From positions 480,001 to 544,000 of the forward strand of contig CAVYGB010000002.1 of the NCBI GenBank assembly GCA_963767925.1: DNA of 64,000 nt, given 5' to 3'. Both the position numbers and the translations under genes were made by a program. Numbering within the stretch: the stretch's first letter is position 1; each line of letters starts with the position of its first letter. Positions 63,070-64,000 of this stretch are shown here, one piece after another. Source of the DNA: an uncultured delta proteobacterium (GTDB lineage Bacteria; Myxococcota_A; Polyangia; Fen-1088). Below the pieces are notes generated by a model that ran no database searches, was not told where the DNA came from, and was given only the letters and a program-made list of their open reading frames with translations.

Positions 63070-63553
63070 GACCTCACAGGTTCCGCTCCATCCAGTCGGT
63101 GGCAAACTTCACGAACGGCCGGGCGGCCAGGAGCTCGAGCGCATCGACCGCCTGGCCGCGCGCCTCACTGATCAGGACGTCGCGGTGCTGGGGACGGTCG
63201 CCAACCTCTCCAGCAATGCCATCTCCCTCCTAGCCAAAGGCGAGCCGGGCCCCCTCCTAGCGTTGAGGCTTTCGGCCGATGGCCGGTCGATCGGGTACTA
63301 CCCCCGCGTGCCCCCGCCCCGAACCAATCGCGCGTTCGAAGACTCCTACACCCTTGAACCCATCAACCTCATCGCAGTCAACGAGCTGGCCGCCGATGGG
63401 TGCGTTCTCGTGGGTGACCTCGCCGCCGGCGGCCTTCGCGAGGGAGAGCGCTTCATAGAAGTGACCGCCTTGGGTCACCTCTTCGTGACCGCCCTGAAGC
63501 GAGAACCGCTCGCGTCCGTGATGGCCGCGACGGCGACAGGAGCAAGCCCGTAG
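63070..63553 (+). pseudogene. 5'-truncated hypothetical protein fragment
   Basis: Protein-like ~160-aa frame with no clear start downstream of the repeat. Confidence 0.3.
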
Positions 63554-63686
63554 CAACCTCCAGCTCGAGACGCCCGATACCTCCCGTGCATCTGGCGAGT
63601 GACACCCACATCTGTGCGCGGCCGCGGAAGGATGAGTACCAACTCCGGCGGCACACGGTTCGAAAGCGGATGACTGCCAAGCTGCA

Positions 63687-63790
63687 TGCGCATTTCGGTC
63701 ATCGTGAACGCCGCGATCGGAGCATCGTGAACGGAGCGATCGGACCATCGTGAACGGGGCTGGTCGGAGCGAAGCGACGCTGGTGATGGG
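63687..63790 (+). mobile_element. IS21-family-like terminal fragment without transposase
   Basis: TGCGCATTTCGG start; CATCGTGAACG three times at a 23-bp period (63700, 63723, 63746); GAGCGAAGCGACGCTG. Confidence 0.6.
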
Positions 63791-63834
63791 TGGTCAGGGG
63801 TTGGTGGTCTCCTCTTTGCGCTTACTCGGTCCCT

Positions 63835-64000
63835 TTAGAGCCAGCCGCTGAAACCTGTGGAGAATTTGCGCCGATGGGCGAAACGAGGTATCGAGGCCGG
63901 GACGCGTGCTCGTGGGCGTGTTCGAGCGCGTGTTCGAGTTCGAGTTCGTGTGGGGCGAGCGTTGAGCGGCCAGGCGGCTCTCGGTGCGCGTAAATCACGC
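63835..64000 (-). repeat. Dispersed repeat family 2 (copy 2, runs off the window)
   Basis: Reverse complement of 24849-25031, lacking one 18-bp internal duplication. Confidence 0.85.

Noticed and set aside
63700..63760. 23-bp-period repeats as a mini-CRISPR or iterons
   Set aside because: Period too short for CRISPR; no rep gene; the context fits an IS21-type end better

Overview
Very GC-rich bacterial chromosomal window whose gene content points to Myxococcota (inference): eukaryotic-like Ser/Thr kinase plus PP2C, PilZ and PEGA-like proteins, many Pro/Gly-linker lipoproteins, and an ECF sigma/FecR pair. About 50 genes or gene fragments are supportable. They include phoU fused to an LMW-PTP/ArsC domain, DUF47, USP, Fic, GT2, SprT/DUF2786, a SahR-like regulator with metH, lutABC, a nickel-transporter-like protein, an MFS transporter, a GAF-PAS histidine kinase with response regulator, mscL, a ycaO-tfuA pair and a HIT protein. 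I recognised no rRNA, tRNA or CRISPR array. Intergenic DNA is dominated by a ~180-bp palindromic REPIN/MITE-like family (9 copies, including a composite subfamily), a second dispersed repeat, IS21-family remnants and several truncated or chimeric gene fragments. The best candidates for something new are: (1) an intact, translationally coupled YcaO-TfuA pair in which both proteins appear to have lost consensus catalytic residues, with no precursor peptide nearby; (2) the palindromic repeat family and its apparent role in gene truncation; (3) a PhoU fused to a phosphatase domain lacking its catalytic Cys. Dense frameshifts at ~21.9-23.9 kb and ~27.9-33.1 kb are most likely sequencing-consensus errors. 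All family assignments come from motif recognition by eye, not database searches.
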